Source: Chthoniobacteraceae bacterium
Lineage (GTDB): Bacteria > Verrucomicrobiota > Verrucomicrobiia > Chthoniobacterales > Chthoniobacteraceae
DNA length: 64,000 nt
Direction: 5' to 3'
Assembly (NCBI GenBank): GCA_031409655.1
Contig: JANNXQ010000300.1
Span: 10,072-74,071 of the forward strand
Shown here one piece after another: positions 40,798-49,360 of this stretch. The notes under the pieces were generated by a model, which worked only from the letters and a program-made list of their open reading frames with translations, was not told where the DNA came from and did not search any database. The first letter of the stretch is position 1, and each line of letters opens with the position of its first letter. A program made the position numbers and the translations under genes.

Positions 40798-40930
40798 TCT
40801 CTTTCAGGAGGGTGTTTGCGAGGATGATGAGCTTTCGCATGAGGACGGTGAGCGCGAGTTTTTTGGCGTCACTGGCGGCGACCAGGCAGCGGTCGAGAGG
40901 TTTGAGGGTGGGGTTCGTGAGCCGCGCCGG
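40798..40930 (-). pseudogene. IS110-family transposase C-terminal remnant
   Basis: Minus strand reads TNPTLKPLDRCLVAASDAKKLALTVLMRKLIILANTLLK, matching the NP....Y.RL...GK.KK.AL.A.MRKL....N.LLK C-terminus of IS110 transposases; the rest of the gene is absent. Confidence 0.75.
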
Positions 40931-40938
40931 TCGGTTAG

Positions 40939-42372
40939 TTAGAGCAGCGAGTCAGTAAGTCTCGCGGTGTTTTGCAGCACCTTTTTGAAGAGGGAGCGCT
41001 GCGCCCATTCGTTGGCGCAGACTTGGTCGCTGTGGGCGAAGTAACGTTCCTGGATGATGCGCAGTTTGGCCACTAAGGGAGCGTCGTAGATGAGGAGGGT
41101 GATCTCGTTGTTTAAGGTGAAGGAGCGCAGGTCCACGTTACTCGAACCGATGAGCGCCACGGAGTCGTCGATGCTCAGGTGTTTGGCGTGGAGGAAGCGG
41201 GGGTTGTAACGGTGGATGCGCACGCCGACGTCGAGGAGCGTTTCGTAGTAGGATTCCTGGGCGAGGTTCACGAGCTGGTGATCGGCTTTGGCGGAGACCA
41301 CGAGATCCACGCTCACGCCGCGGAGCACGGCGGTCTGCATGGCTTGGAGGAAGGCTTCGTCGGGGATGAAATACGGGGTGGTGATGACCACGCGTTCGCG
41401 GGCGCCGTGGATGAGTGCGACCATGGCTTTCTGCGCGTTGGCAAACTGATAACCGGGACCGCTGGGCAGGACTTGCGCGGCGGCGGTGCCGACCTCGACC
41501 GGCAGCGGAAAAAGCTCGGGCTCTTCCACCCGCTCCTCGCGCTCGATGTAGCGATCCGCGAGGAAGACGACCTGCAACTGTGCGACCAGCGGGCCGCGCA
41601 CGCGCACGACCAGCTCTTCATTGACCAGCCCGGGCTGGCTCTCGGCGTTCACGATATTCTGCGAGCCCGCGTAGCCGATGGTGCCGTCGATGACCACGAT
41701 CTTGCGGTGATTGCGCAGATCGAAGCGCGCGGCCTTGCGGCGAAACAAACTCACCGGGAGCATCGCGGTGACCGAAGCACCGGCGTGCCGCATCTTCGGC
41801 GCGAGCCGGCGGAGCCCCCGTGAGGAGCCCGAGTCATCCATGAGCACGCGGCAATGGACCTTGCGTTTCGCCGCGCGGACCACGGCGTCCGCGATGCGGT
41901 GGCCGGTCTCGTCGTCGGCGAAGATGTAAAAGAGCAAATGGACGTGATACTGGGCCGCATCGATGTCCGTGATGAGCCGTTGGATCATCTCCTCGTAGTC
42001 GTCGATGAGCTCGAATTCATTGCCATCGACGATGCCGAGATCGCCAAGATTGCGGGCAAGGAGTACGGCCTGATTCAGCTCGGCGGGGATGTCGGGCACG
42101 GCGAGTTTTCCGCGCGCGAGCCACTGCTCCTGCGCGGCGCGGATGCGGACGGCGGCGCGGGCTTTGATCTCCAGACGCCGCTTCGGCAGGCTGATGCGAC
42201 CGATGGCGAGATAGATCACGAGGCCGATCCATGGCTCCAGGAAGATGAGGAGCAGCCAGGTGCGGGTGGCGGCGGGATTGCGGCGCTGCGGCACCACGAG
42301 GAGCATGGTGAGGCGGATGAGCCACTCGCTGACGACGAGGATGAAGCTCCAGTCGAGCGCAGGCAGGGTCAT
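40939..42372 (-). CDS. cls: Cardiolipin synthase
   Basis: Two N-terminal TMs; two HKD motifs (NHRKIVVIDG, LHAKHLSIDD), SGP, TPYF, GSSNVDLRS. Confidence 0.94.
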   Translation of the reverse strand: MTLPALDWSFILVVSEWLIRLTMLLVVPQRRNPAATRTWLLLIFLEPWIGLVIYLAIGRISLPKRRLEIKARAAVRIRAAQEQWLARGKLAVPDIPAELNQAVLLARNLGDLGIVDGNEFELIDDYEEMIQRLITDIDAAQYHVHLLFYIFADDETGHRIADAVVRAAKRKVHCRVLMDDSGSSRGLRRLAPKMRHAGASVTAMLPVSLFRRKAARFDLRNHRKIVVIDGTIGYAGSQNIVNAESQPGLVNEELVVRVRGPLVAQLQVVFLADRYIEREERVEEPELFPLPVEVGTAAAQVLPSGPGYQFANAQKAMVALIHGARERVVITTPYFIPDEAFLQAMQTAVLRGVSVDLVVSAKADHQLVNLAQESYYETLLDVGVRIHRYNPRFLHAKHLSIDDSVALIGSSNVDLRSFTLNNEITLLIYDAPLVAKLRIIQERYFAHSDQVCANEWAQRSLFKKVLQNTARLTDSLL

Positions 42373-42477
42373 CGCGGGCGATTCCGGGAGGGTTTCACGG
42401 GAGGGACGATGGCCGAAAGACGCCGGGCGAGGCAATGCGCGAAGCGGTCGAAAGACGCAAATTGGAAGAATGCTCGG

Positions 42478-42708
42478 CGAACGCCAACGGCGTTCCATCC
42501 ATCAGCCCAGGGTTGGCGCGAGGAACGAGCGGCTACCCTGGGTGCGATGACAGAAAACAGGCCGAACCCTGAAAGGGTTCCATCAAGCGCCGGCGAGCAC
42601 GATGACCGATGAAACCCCTTCAGGGTTTGGCTCGTCGTGTGAATTCAGTCCCAGGGTAGCTCGTGCCTCGCAACCCTGGGCTGGATGATGAAACGCCTTC
42701 GGCGTTTG
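42478..42708. repeat. About 230-bp nested inverted-repeat element
   Basis: aacgccaacggcgtt/aacgccttcggcgtt ends; cagcccagggttg..cgaggaacgagc..taccctggg mirrored by cccagggtagctcgtgcctcgcaaccctgggctg; aaccctgaaagggtt mirrored by aaccccttcagggtt. Confidence 0.85.
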
Positions 42709-42783
42709 AATCGACCTTTGGCCAGTTCGACCTCGTAGCGCTATTCATCGTGCGAGCACTTTGCACCGCACCGGGCGCGGGGG

Positions 42784-44169
42784 TCAGAGGATCAGGTGCG
42801 TATTGTAGTGAATCCCAGGCGGGACCGGCAGCGGTGCGTGCGTGGGGTTTTCGACGGTCACGTCGCCTTGGAAGATGGCGTCCCTGTTAAACACGACTTC
42901 GCCTTTTACGCGGAGGTTGCTGCAGCCTTTGAGCGAGGGCGTGCCTCCGGCCAGGGCGGCTTCGAGTTGTTCGACGAGCTTGTAATGGTGGTCGAGTTCG
43001 ACGTGCGGGGGGATGCCATTGAGTTCGGGGACGAGGGCGGCGGTGCCGTCTTTGCGGATGTCGTAGGCGTCGCTGCGCAGGGTGAGCAGGTCGGCGGTGG
43101 TTTTCACCGGGGCGAAACGGCTGCGCGGGACATCGACGGCGCGGGCGTCGGGGAAGCACTCGATGGCGGCGCCCATGGCGGTCTCGAGCTGGAAAACTTC
43201 GGGCGATTTTTTGTCGCGCGGATCGACGGTCTTGCGATTGCGGATGAGCGGGAGGGGGAGCGCGCCGTCGGACGCGGCGAGGGCGTCGCGCAGGCGGTCG
43301 AGGCGCAGCCAGAGGTTGTTCGTATTAAAGTAACGGTGCTTGGTGATGTCCTGAAAGGCGTCCAGGTCGGCCTCGGGACACTGCGCGCTTTCGCGGAGGA
43401 GAAGTTGCTCGCCGCGCAGGGCGAGGTGGCCGCCTTTGCGATCGGACGCAGTGCGCGCGGTCACTTCCATCATGAAAGGCGCGGCGGTCTGCGCGAACCA
43501 GGTGAGCAGTGAGAGGTCGAGCGTGGCGCCGAGGTTGTCGCTGTTCGAGACGAAGACATATTGAATGCCGTCGGCGAGCAAGCGATCGAGGGTGCCGCCG
43601 GTGGCGAGCACCGCGTAGAGATCGCCGTGGCCGGGCGGGCACCATTCGAGTTCGCGATCCTTTTCCCAGACCACCGGCGCGAGCGTCTTCGCGTCCACTT
43701 TCGGGATCTTGTTTTGCATGAGCTCAAGCGCGTGTGGGTCGCCGAGTTCGGGATATTTTCCCAGCGCCGCGAGGGTGTCGGCGCTGGTGCTGAAGCTATT
43801 CATCGCGAGGAAATGCACCTCGCGCCCGCTGGTCTTCCGGAAGTGCAGGAGCTGCCGCACGATGAGGTCGAGGAAGGTCAGGCCGTCGTGAACAGGGAGC
43901 AGCGACTTGGCCCGCTCGAGACCCATGCCGGTGCCGAGCCCGCCATTGAGTTTCAGCACGGCGGTGGCGCCGAGCAGCGCGGGATCGGCGGGGTAATGGG
44001 ACGCGATCTCCGCGAGCGTCGGCAGGCTCTCGACCGGATGGATGCTGCTCTCCGGGATGAGCCCGGAGTCTTGGTGCTCGAGCTGCGCGTAGTTGCGCTC
44101 GAAGGCTCGGATCGCCGGCTCGCTGACGCCGGCGGCTTCCATCTTCTTTCTAAATTCGCGGATTGGCAT
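42784..44169 (-). CDS. UTP--glucose-1-phosphate uridylyltransferase (eukaryote-like UDPGP family)
   Basis: LKLNGGLGTGMG...KS, MNSF, WCPPGHGD, VSNSDNLGA, KGG, FNTNNLW, QLETAMG, RFAPVKTT. Confidence 0.93.
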   Translation of the reverse strand: MPIREFRKKMEAAGVSEPAIRAFERNYAQLEHQDSGLIPESSIHPVESLPTLAEIASHYPADPALLGATAVLKLNGGLGTGMGLERAKSLLPVHDGLTFLDLIVRQLLHFRKTSGREVHFLAMNSFSTSADTLAALGKYPELGDPHALELMQNKIPKVDAKTLAPVVWEKDRELEWCPPGHGDLYAVLATGGTLDRLLADGIQYVFVSNSDNLGATLDLSLLTWFAQTAAPFMMEVTARTASDRKGGHLALRGEQLLLRESAQCPEADLDAFQDITKHRYFNTNNLWLRLDRLRDALAASDGALPLPLIRNRKTVDPRDKKSPEVFQLETAMGAAIECFPDARAVDVPRSRFAPVKTTADLLTLRSDAYDIRKDGTAALVPELNGIPPHVELDHHYKLVEQLEAALAGGTPSLKGCSNLRVKGEVVFNRDAIFQGDVTVENPTHAPLPVPPGIHYNTHLIL

Positions 44170-44232
44170 GGGGGCGGATGATGGGGATTTGCGGAGGTTT
44201 GTCAGGCCTTCCCGCGCAGCCTCCGTGCCGCT

Positions 44233-44922
44233 TTAGAAAAGGCGGATCGCCGTCACCGCGATACTTCCCGTGAAGCAGGTGTCCACGTCGCTGCCGGCCT
44301 GGCGTTGGCGCGCCTGGTAATCGCCGTCGTAGCGATGGTGGCCGTTTTCCTCGTGGCGATAGCTGAGCGGGAGCGGATTCGGATCGAGCGGACAGAAGAC
44401 GACATCCGGCTCGGGAGCGTCGGCGGTGAGGTGAGGAAAGTTCACATTGTAGAAGAGACCCGGCTCGATCGGGCGAGTGAGCAGGTCAGTGAGGACGCGG
44501 GCGGTCCAACGGGTCGCGCGTGGCCAGTCGAACGGCACCCCGCGGCGGAGGTATTGCGAGAAAGCAATCCCGGGCCAGCCGTGGAGCACCGCCTCGCGCA
44601 CGGCGGCGACGGTGCCAGAGTAATAGACATCCGCGCCGAGATTGCCGCCCTCATTGATCCCACTCAGCACCCACCGCGCATCCGGCGCGACCCGGAGCAA
44701 CCCGAGCCGCGCGCAATCCGCAGGCGTGCCATGCACGGCAAAGCGATCCGCACCGCGCTCCTCCAGATGCACACCTTTGTCCCAAGTCACCGCGTGGCTC
44801 ATACCGGATTGCGGACCGGCGGGCGCGACGACGATGGTTTCGCCGAAATCGCGCGCCGCGGTGAGCAGCTCGGCGAGACCAGGAGCGTCGATGCCGTCGT
44901 CGTTGCTGAGGAGGAATTTCAT
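44233..44922 (-). CDS. surE: 5'/3'-nucleotidase SurE
   Basis: LLSNDDGIDAPG, VVAP, QSG, GTPADC, SGINEGGN, YSGTVAA. Confidence 0.95.
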   Translation of the reverse strand: MKFLLSNDDGIDAPGLAELLTAARDFGETIVVAPAGPQSGMSHAVTWDKGVHLEERGADRFAVHGTPADCARLGLLRVAPDARWVLSGINEGGNLGADVYYSGTVAAVREAVLHGWPGIAFSQYLRRGVPFDWPRATRWTARVLTDLLTRPIEPGLFYNVNFPHLTADAPEPDVVFCPLDPNPLPLSYRHEENGHHRYDGDYQARQRQAGSDVDTCFTGSIAVTAIRLF

Positions 44923-45998
44923 TGGGACGTACTAACCGAGATCCGCGGAAGGAGCCCACGAAACCGACGATACTTGCGAAAATGAACGCGCGAAGGGCGC
45001 TGTGCGGAAAGCGGAAGGCGCGGCTGAGCGCGCTTGTCCCGGAGGTGCTGGCGCCAGGAGAGCGAACGCCACGCTCGCGTCACCTCGACAGCAGAAACTC
45101 CCCGACCTCGCGCCACCACGCCGCGTCCACGCGATCGAGCATCGTGTTGTGCGAGCCGGGCTTGATCCAGAGTCGCTTCGGCCCGGCGTAGCGGTCGTGA
45201 ACGCGCTGGCCGATCTGCTTCGGGATCACCTCATCGTCCTCCGCCAGCGTCACCGCGATCGGCCCGCGGTAGCCTCGCAGCCACTCGACGACCGGATACC
45301 GATCCGCGAGGAAAAGCCGGACCGGCATGAACGGATAGTGATGCGCAGCGACATCCGCGAGGCTCGTCATCGGCGTGATGAAGACGATACCCGCGACCAG
45401 CTCCGGCGCCCGCGCCGCAACTCCCGCAGCCACGCCGCTACCGATGGATTCACCCACGAGGATCACTGGCGACTGCGCCTCTCTCGCGAGCTGCCGCAGC
45501 GCCGTTTCCCCCGCATCGAGCAATGCCGCCTCGCTCGGCGAACCCGTCCGCGCGCCGTAGCCGGGATATTCGAGCAGATGCACATCGGCATCCATCGCTG
45601 CACCGAACCCATCCGCGTAGTAAGTCCGGTTTAAGGCCAAGCCCGCATTGCCGTGAAAGACGAGCACGCGGCACCGCGCCGGCTGCGAGCGGGCGCGCAC
45701 GACCCAGCCGATGAGCGCCCCACCTTCCTCCCGCCACGGCTCCGCACCCACGCGCGCCGCCTCCGCCAGCAGCGCGGGTTCGGCCGCGCGCGTGGGGAAG
45801 TAAATCATCCGGCGCTGGAGAGCAGCGAAGAGCACGAGCACTCCGACATAGCCGAGCAGGGCCAGGCACGCGAGCCGCCACAGCCGGCGCAGGGGAGATC
45901 GAGTCGAGGGGGACATCGAGTCGGAGCTCGGAACGTTGCTGAGGAGGAATTTCATCGGCGCAGACTACGCAAGGTCGGCCTTTGGAACCCACGAAACC
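44901..45998. repeat. Direct repeat pair: 22-bp exact copy of the surE start (44901-44922 and 45934-45955) plus collinear upstream motifs
   Basis: cgttgctgaggaggaatttcat occurs twice; ggaRcccacgaaacc starts 29 nt from the ATG in both copies (44951-44965, 45984-45998). Confidence 0.85.
45080..45955 (-). CDS. Alpha/beta hydrolase (ABHD/BEM46-like), membrane-anchored
   Basis: TM then QRRMIYFP, FHGNAG, EYPGYG, GESIGSG nucleophile elbow, DEVIP, GSHN. Alternative start at 45916. Confidence 0.9.
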   Translation of the reverse strand: MKFLLSNVPSSDSMSPSTRSPLRRLWRLACLALLGYVGVLVLFAALQRRMIYFPTRAAEPALLAEAARVGAEPWREEGGALIGWVVRARSQPARCRVLVFHGNAGLALNRTYYADGFGAAMDADVHLLEYPGYGARTGSPSEAALLDAGETALRQLAREAQSPVILVGESIGSGVAAGVAARAPELVAGIVFITPMTSLADVAAHHYPFMPVRLFLADRYPVVEWLRGYRGPIAVTLAEDDEVIPKQIGQRVHDRYAGPKRLWIKPGSHNTMLDRVDAAWWREVGEFLLSR

Positions 45999-46032
45999 CG
46001 CGAAAACATTGGACCGCGCACGGCCCGTGTTC

Positions 46033-46884
46033 CTACCGCGACCACATCGTGGTGCTCTCGTTGGAGTACACCGCGCGGGAGTTGTAGCGGAGGATGTGCG
46101 GCATGAGGAAGGCGGCGAGCAGCCAGTCGCGCCGCGCAAACCAGCGGTGATCGTAACGCAGGGTCTGCTTTTCCTCCTGCCCCCGCATCCGGTTGCCGAC
46201 GATGAGATGGCTGCGCGATTCGCGGAGCTGCAGGGAGCCGGTCTCGACGGGCAGATCGAGGAAGGTGCTGATCGTCTTCATCGTGACCTCGGGTGCGAGG
46301 CAGGCCTCTTCGTAACCGACGCGCTGGGTGGGCAGGCGGGCGGCCTCGAGGGCGCGCTCGATCTTCCGATTTTCACGCAGCCAACGGTGAAAATACTCGA
46401 TGGCGAGCAGCGGCCCGGGCCGGGTCTTGGCTTTGTTGCGCCGGGCTTGATCGATGAACGACGCGGTCAGGCTGCGCACATCTTTGATGACGTGGATGAC
46501 TTTCAGATCCAGCCCCTCGACGCGCTGCACGTCGGCGAGCGGCTCGACGTGTTTCGAGGAGTCCACCGGCCACGCGTCGCGGCCAAAGACGCGCTCAAAA
46601 ACCTCGAGCGCCAGTTCGTACCGGGCGCGGCGGTCCTGCAGATCACGCGACGGCGCGGCCTGCGCCACGGCCCCCCAGTAGGGGCACTCGGTGGCATTCA
46701 CGCCGCAGGTGCAGGGCAGCTTTTGCAGCATTTTCTCATCTTTGGCGGCCAGCGCTTCAGCCAGGATTTGCACCGCGCGATCCACGCCGCCCAGCCCGAC
46801 CATGCGCGAGTGCGTGCCCAGAAAGAGGCTGAACATGGTGGAGCCGGAATGCGGCAGGCTGCAGAGGTAGAGGAGACGACTCAC
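46033..46884 (-). CDS. Sulfotransferase family protein
   Basis: PHSGST (PAPS-binding loop), CTCG...CPYW, VDSSK, VGYEE, HLIVGNRMR. Confidence 0.8.
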   Translation of the reverse strand: MSRLLYLCSLPHSGSTMFSLFLGTHSRMVGLGGVDRAVQILAEALAAKDEKMLQKLPCTCGVNATECPYWGAVAQAAPSRDLQDRRARYELALEVFERVFGRDAWPVDSSKHVEPLADVQRVEGLDLKVIHVIKDVRSLTASFIDQARRNKAKTRPGPLLAIEYFHRWLRENRKIERALEAARLPTQRVGYEEACLAPEVTMKTISTFLDLPVETGSLQLRESRSHLIVGNRMRGQEEKQTLRYDHRWFARRDWLLAAFLMPHILRYNSRAVYSNESTTMWSR

Positions 46885-46915
46885 GGTGGACGCGGTTATG
46901 GGGCCGCAGAGAAGG

Positions 46916-47067
46916 AAAATCCAAATTCCAAATTCCAAATCGCCAACAAAGCCCGGGGAAGCGCCGCGGGAAAAATCCGCAACGGCACGCCGGGTGCAGC
47001 GCTTCCACCGCCCTTTCCATCCCTCGCTCCTCTTGTTCGGAACTTGGAATTTGGAATTTGGAATTTT
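46916..47067. repeat. Inverted pair of heptamer arrays (AAATTCC / GGAATTT) between divergent genes
   Basis: aaaatccaaattccaaattccaaatcgccaacaa ... ttgttcggaacttggaatttggaatttggaatttt. Confidence 0.88.
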
Positions 47068-47093
47068 GCCGCCGCCGCCCATCTTCCCACCCC

Positions 47094-47795
47094 ATGCGAC
47101 CCGCCGCTCTCACCCTCCTCGCGCTTTTCCTCACTTTCAGCAGGCCTGCCCAGGCCGCCGATCCAAACCGCGAATACCTGATCATCGCCGGTGGTGTCTC
47201 GCTGAATATCTGGGAGAAATGGAAGGCCCAGCCGCATGACGGCTGGTGGATGAATTTCATCCGCGCCTCACGCCTCCGGATCGAGGAATTCCAGCGCGAG
47301 CTCGGCCCCGATCTGAATATCACGCTGCTCGTCTATCGGCCTTCTTACATTAGCCGTGGCCGGCAGGATGGGGAGGATCACCTGAGCAAGATCACGAGCG
47401 TCCGCGACGCTTTCGGAGTGCGGCTGATCTACTTCGATTCCACCAGCGAACTCCTGAGCTACATCAATGGCGGCCAGCCGCGCGACCGGGTGAAGATCGC
47501 GAGCCTGGAGTATTTTGGCCACAGCAACAAAGCCTGCTGGATGTTCGACTACTCGAACTACATTGACAGCGCCTCGAAGGCCTGGCTGCACGAAAACGAC
47601 TTCGGCAAGCTGCGCCGCGGGATCTTCACGAAGGACGCCTTTGTGAAGAGCTGGGGCTGCCACAGCGGCGAGAGCATGAGTAAAAAATTCTCGGCAGCGA
47701 CGGGCGTGAAGATGATCGGCGCCGTGGGCAAGACCCAGTATATGGACGACCTACTGCCGATCCTTTCGAGCGTGGCCGGACGCTGGACCCGCTGA
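47094..47795 (+). CDS. Hypothetical secreted protein
   Basis: Signal peptide ending AQA; globular body with YFGHSN and SWGCHSG, a possible His/Cys dyad. Confidence 0.75.
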   Translation: MRPAALTLLALFLTFSRPAQAADPNREYLIIAGGVSLNIWEKWKAQPHDGWWMNFIRASRLRIEEFQRELGPDLNITLLVYRPSYISRGRQDGEDHLSKITSVRDAFGVRLIYFDSTSELLSYINGGQPRDRVKIASLEYFGHSNKACWMFDYSNYIDSASKAWLHENDFGKLRRGIFTKDAFVKSWGCHSGESMSKKFSAATGVKMIGAVGKTQYMDDLLPILSSVAGRWTR

Positions 47796-47971
47796 GGGAA
47801 AGCTCGCAGCTCGCCTTCGCGGATCAGAACGCCGAAGCAGCCAGGCGCGAGTGGCGGTCCTCTTGCGGTCTCCGACTCGACGCAGTTTTCCGCCGCTTGT
47901 TTCGAGCGCCGGCTTTTATTTTACAAACCCGCGCTGGCGCCCGCGGCGCCCGTTGCCCCAAAGTCGCGGAA

Positions 47972-48856
47972 ATGGCCTGCCGCTTTAAACGTCGTGAGCC
48001 TGTCCCCGAAGCCGTCCGGCGCATCGCGGACGAGCAGTTTGCCGCGCTCGTGGACCAGCTTCAGGGCGGCACCGAGGCCGGTCTGCACGAAGCCCGGAAG
48101 TGCTGCAAAATGCTCCGCGCTCTGCTCCGGTTGGTCGGGCCACGGGAGTCCGCTGCCTTTGCTCGCGCGGACGCCGCGCTGGAGAAAATCGCCCGGGCGC
48201 TGGCTCCGGTCCGCGATGCGGAGGTGCGGCTGAGGACGCTCGAGGCGATTTTGGCCCAGGCTGGACCCCGGGCGGGTTCCCGCTTTGCGCAAGTCCACGC
48301 CGTCTTCAAGACCCAGGCGCAGAGCGCGCGGCGCCTCCTGCTCACGGAGGGCGATCTGCGGGACATCGTCGCGATGGCGGCGGTGGCCCAGGCAAAGGTG
48401 CGCGGACTGGCCATTGCGCATGTCGGCTGGAAGGCGATCGGCCCTGGGCTGCGCAAGACCTATCGCCAAGGCCGGAAGACGCTGGCGGCGGCGGAGAATG
48501 ACCCCTCCCTGGAAATGCGGCACCGCTGGCGCAAGCACGTGAAGGATCTGTGGTCGCACACGCGCCTCCTCCACAGTGCCCAGCCAAAGAAGCTCGGCAC
48601 CCTCGCCCGCAAGCTCGAAACGCTCTCCGAGTCCCTCGGCGATGAACACGATCTCGCCTTGCTCCGGCGCGATCTCGCCGTCCAGGGAAAGCGCAGCCGG
48701 GCCCGCGCCGAATTCGACAGCCTGGCCTCCCTCATCGATCGCCGACGGGCCGACCTCCGCCGTGCCGCGGATAAACTCGGACGCCGCCTCTTTAAGGCGA
48801 AGCCTGGGGAGTTCGTCGGCCGAATCGATCAGGCGTGGCGGAAATGGCATCGGTAG
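47972..48856 (+). CDS. CHAD domain protein
   Basis: LHEARKCCKMLRALLRL, VRDAEV, HRWRKHVK, LGDEHDL; basic helical protein. Confidence 0.9.
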   Translation: MACRFKRREPVPEAVRRIADEQFAALVDQLQGGTEAGLHEARKCCKMLRALLRLVGPRESAAFARADAALEKIARALAPVRDAEVRLRTLEAILAQAGPRAGSRFAQVHAVFKTQAQSARRLLLTEGDLRDIVAMAAVAQAKVRGLAIAHVGWKAIGPGLRKTYRQGRKTLAAAENDPSLEMRHRWRKHVKDLWSHTRLLHSAQPKKLGTLARKLETLSESLGDEHDLALLRRDLAVQGKRSRARAEFDSLASLIDRRRADLRRAADKLGRRLFKAKPGEFVGRIDQAWRKWHR

Positions 48857-48917
48857 CGAGCGGCGCGGAGGTCGCGGTTCTTCCGCTCGGGAAGTGAAAA
48901 AACAGGGGAGAACGCGC

Positions 48918-48945
48918 TTGATACCTGCTTTCTCAATCGCATAAT
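48918..48945 (+). promoter_or_regulatory. Candidate sigma70 promoter
   Basis: TTGATA-N16-CATAAT. Confidence 0.45.
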
Positions 48946-49360
48946 CGCCGGACAAGACTCGAAGCACCTGCAACTGCTCTTGGCCTGCGCACGCAAAAAC
49001 TGCTTCCGACCGGTCAGACATGCCTTCATTTACCCTTATACCCGAGCAACTTGCGCTCTTGCCCGATGATCCAGGCTTCGTCTGTTTCGAGGAAAATAGT
49101 GACTCTTGTCTCGGAGCAGACACCCTGATTCTGGCGCAAGCCAAGGGCCGTTCCGATCCAGGCAGGACTCTCCACGCCAGTGACGCAAACCCCAGCGCCC
49201 GGCCCCGGTTTTCCTTCGCTGCGCAACGGCATGGGGGCGAAAATCATTCCTTCCTTGCGAGTCACATCTTCGTTGGAAAACACTGCGGAACGCTTCCGGA
49301 TCGCGCTCCTGATTTCAGCGCCCCATCCGTCTTTCCCCCAGTCTGGTCGGAGTGAAACGG

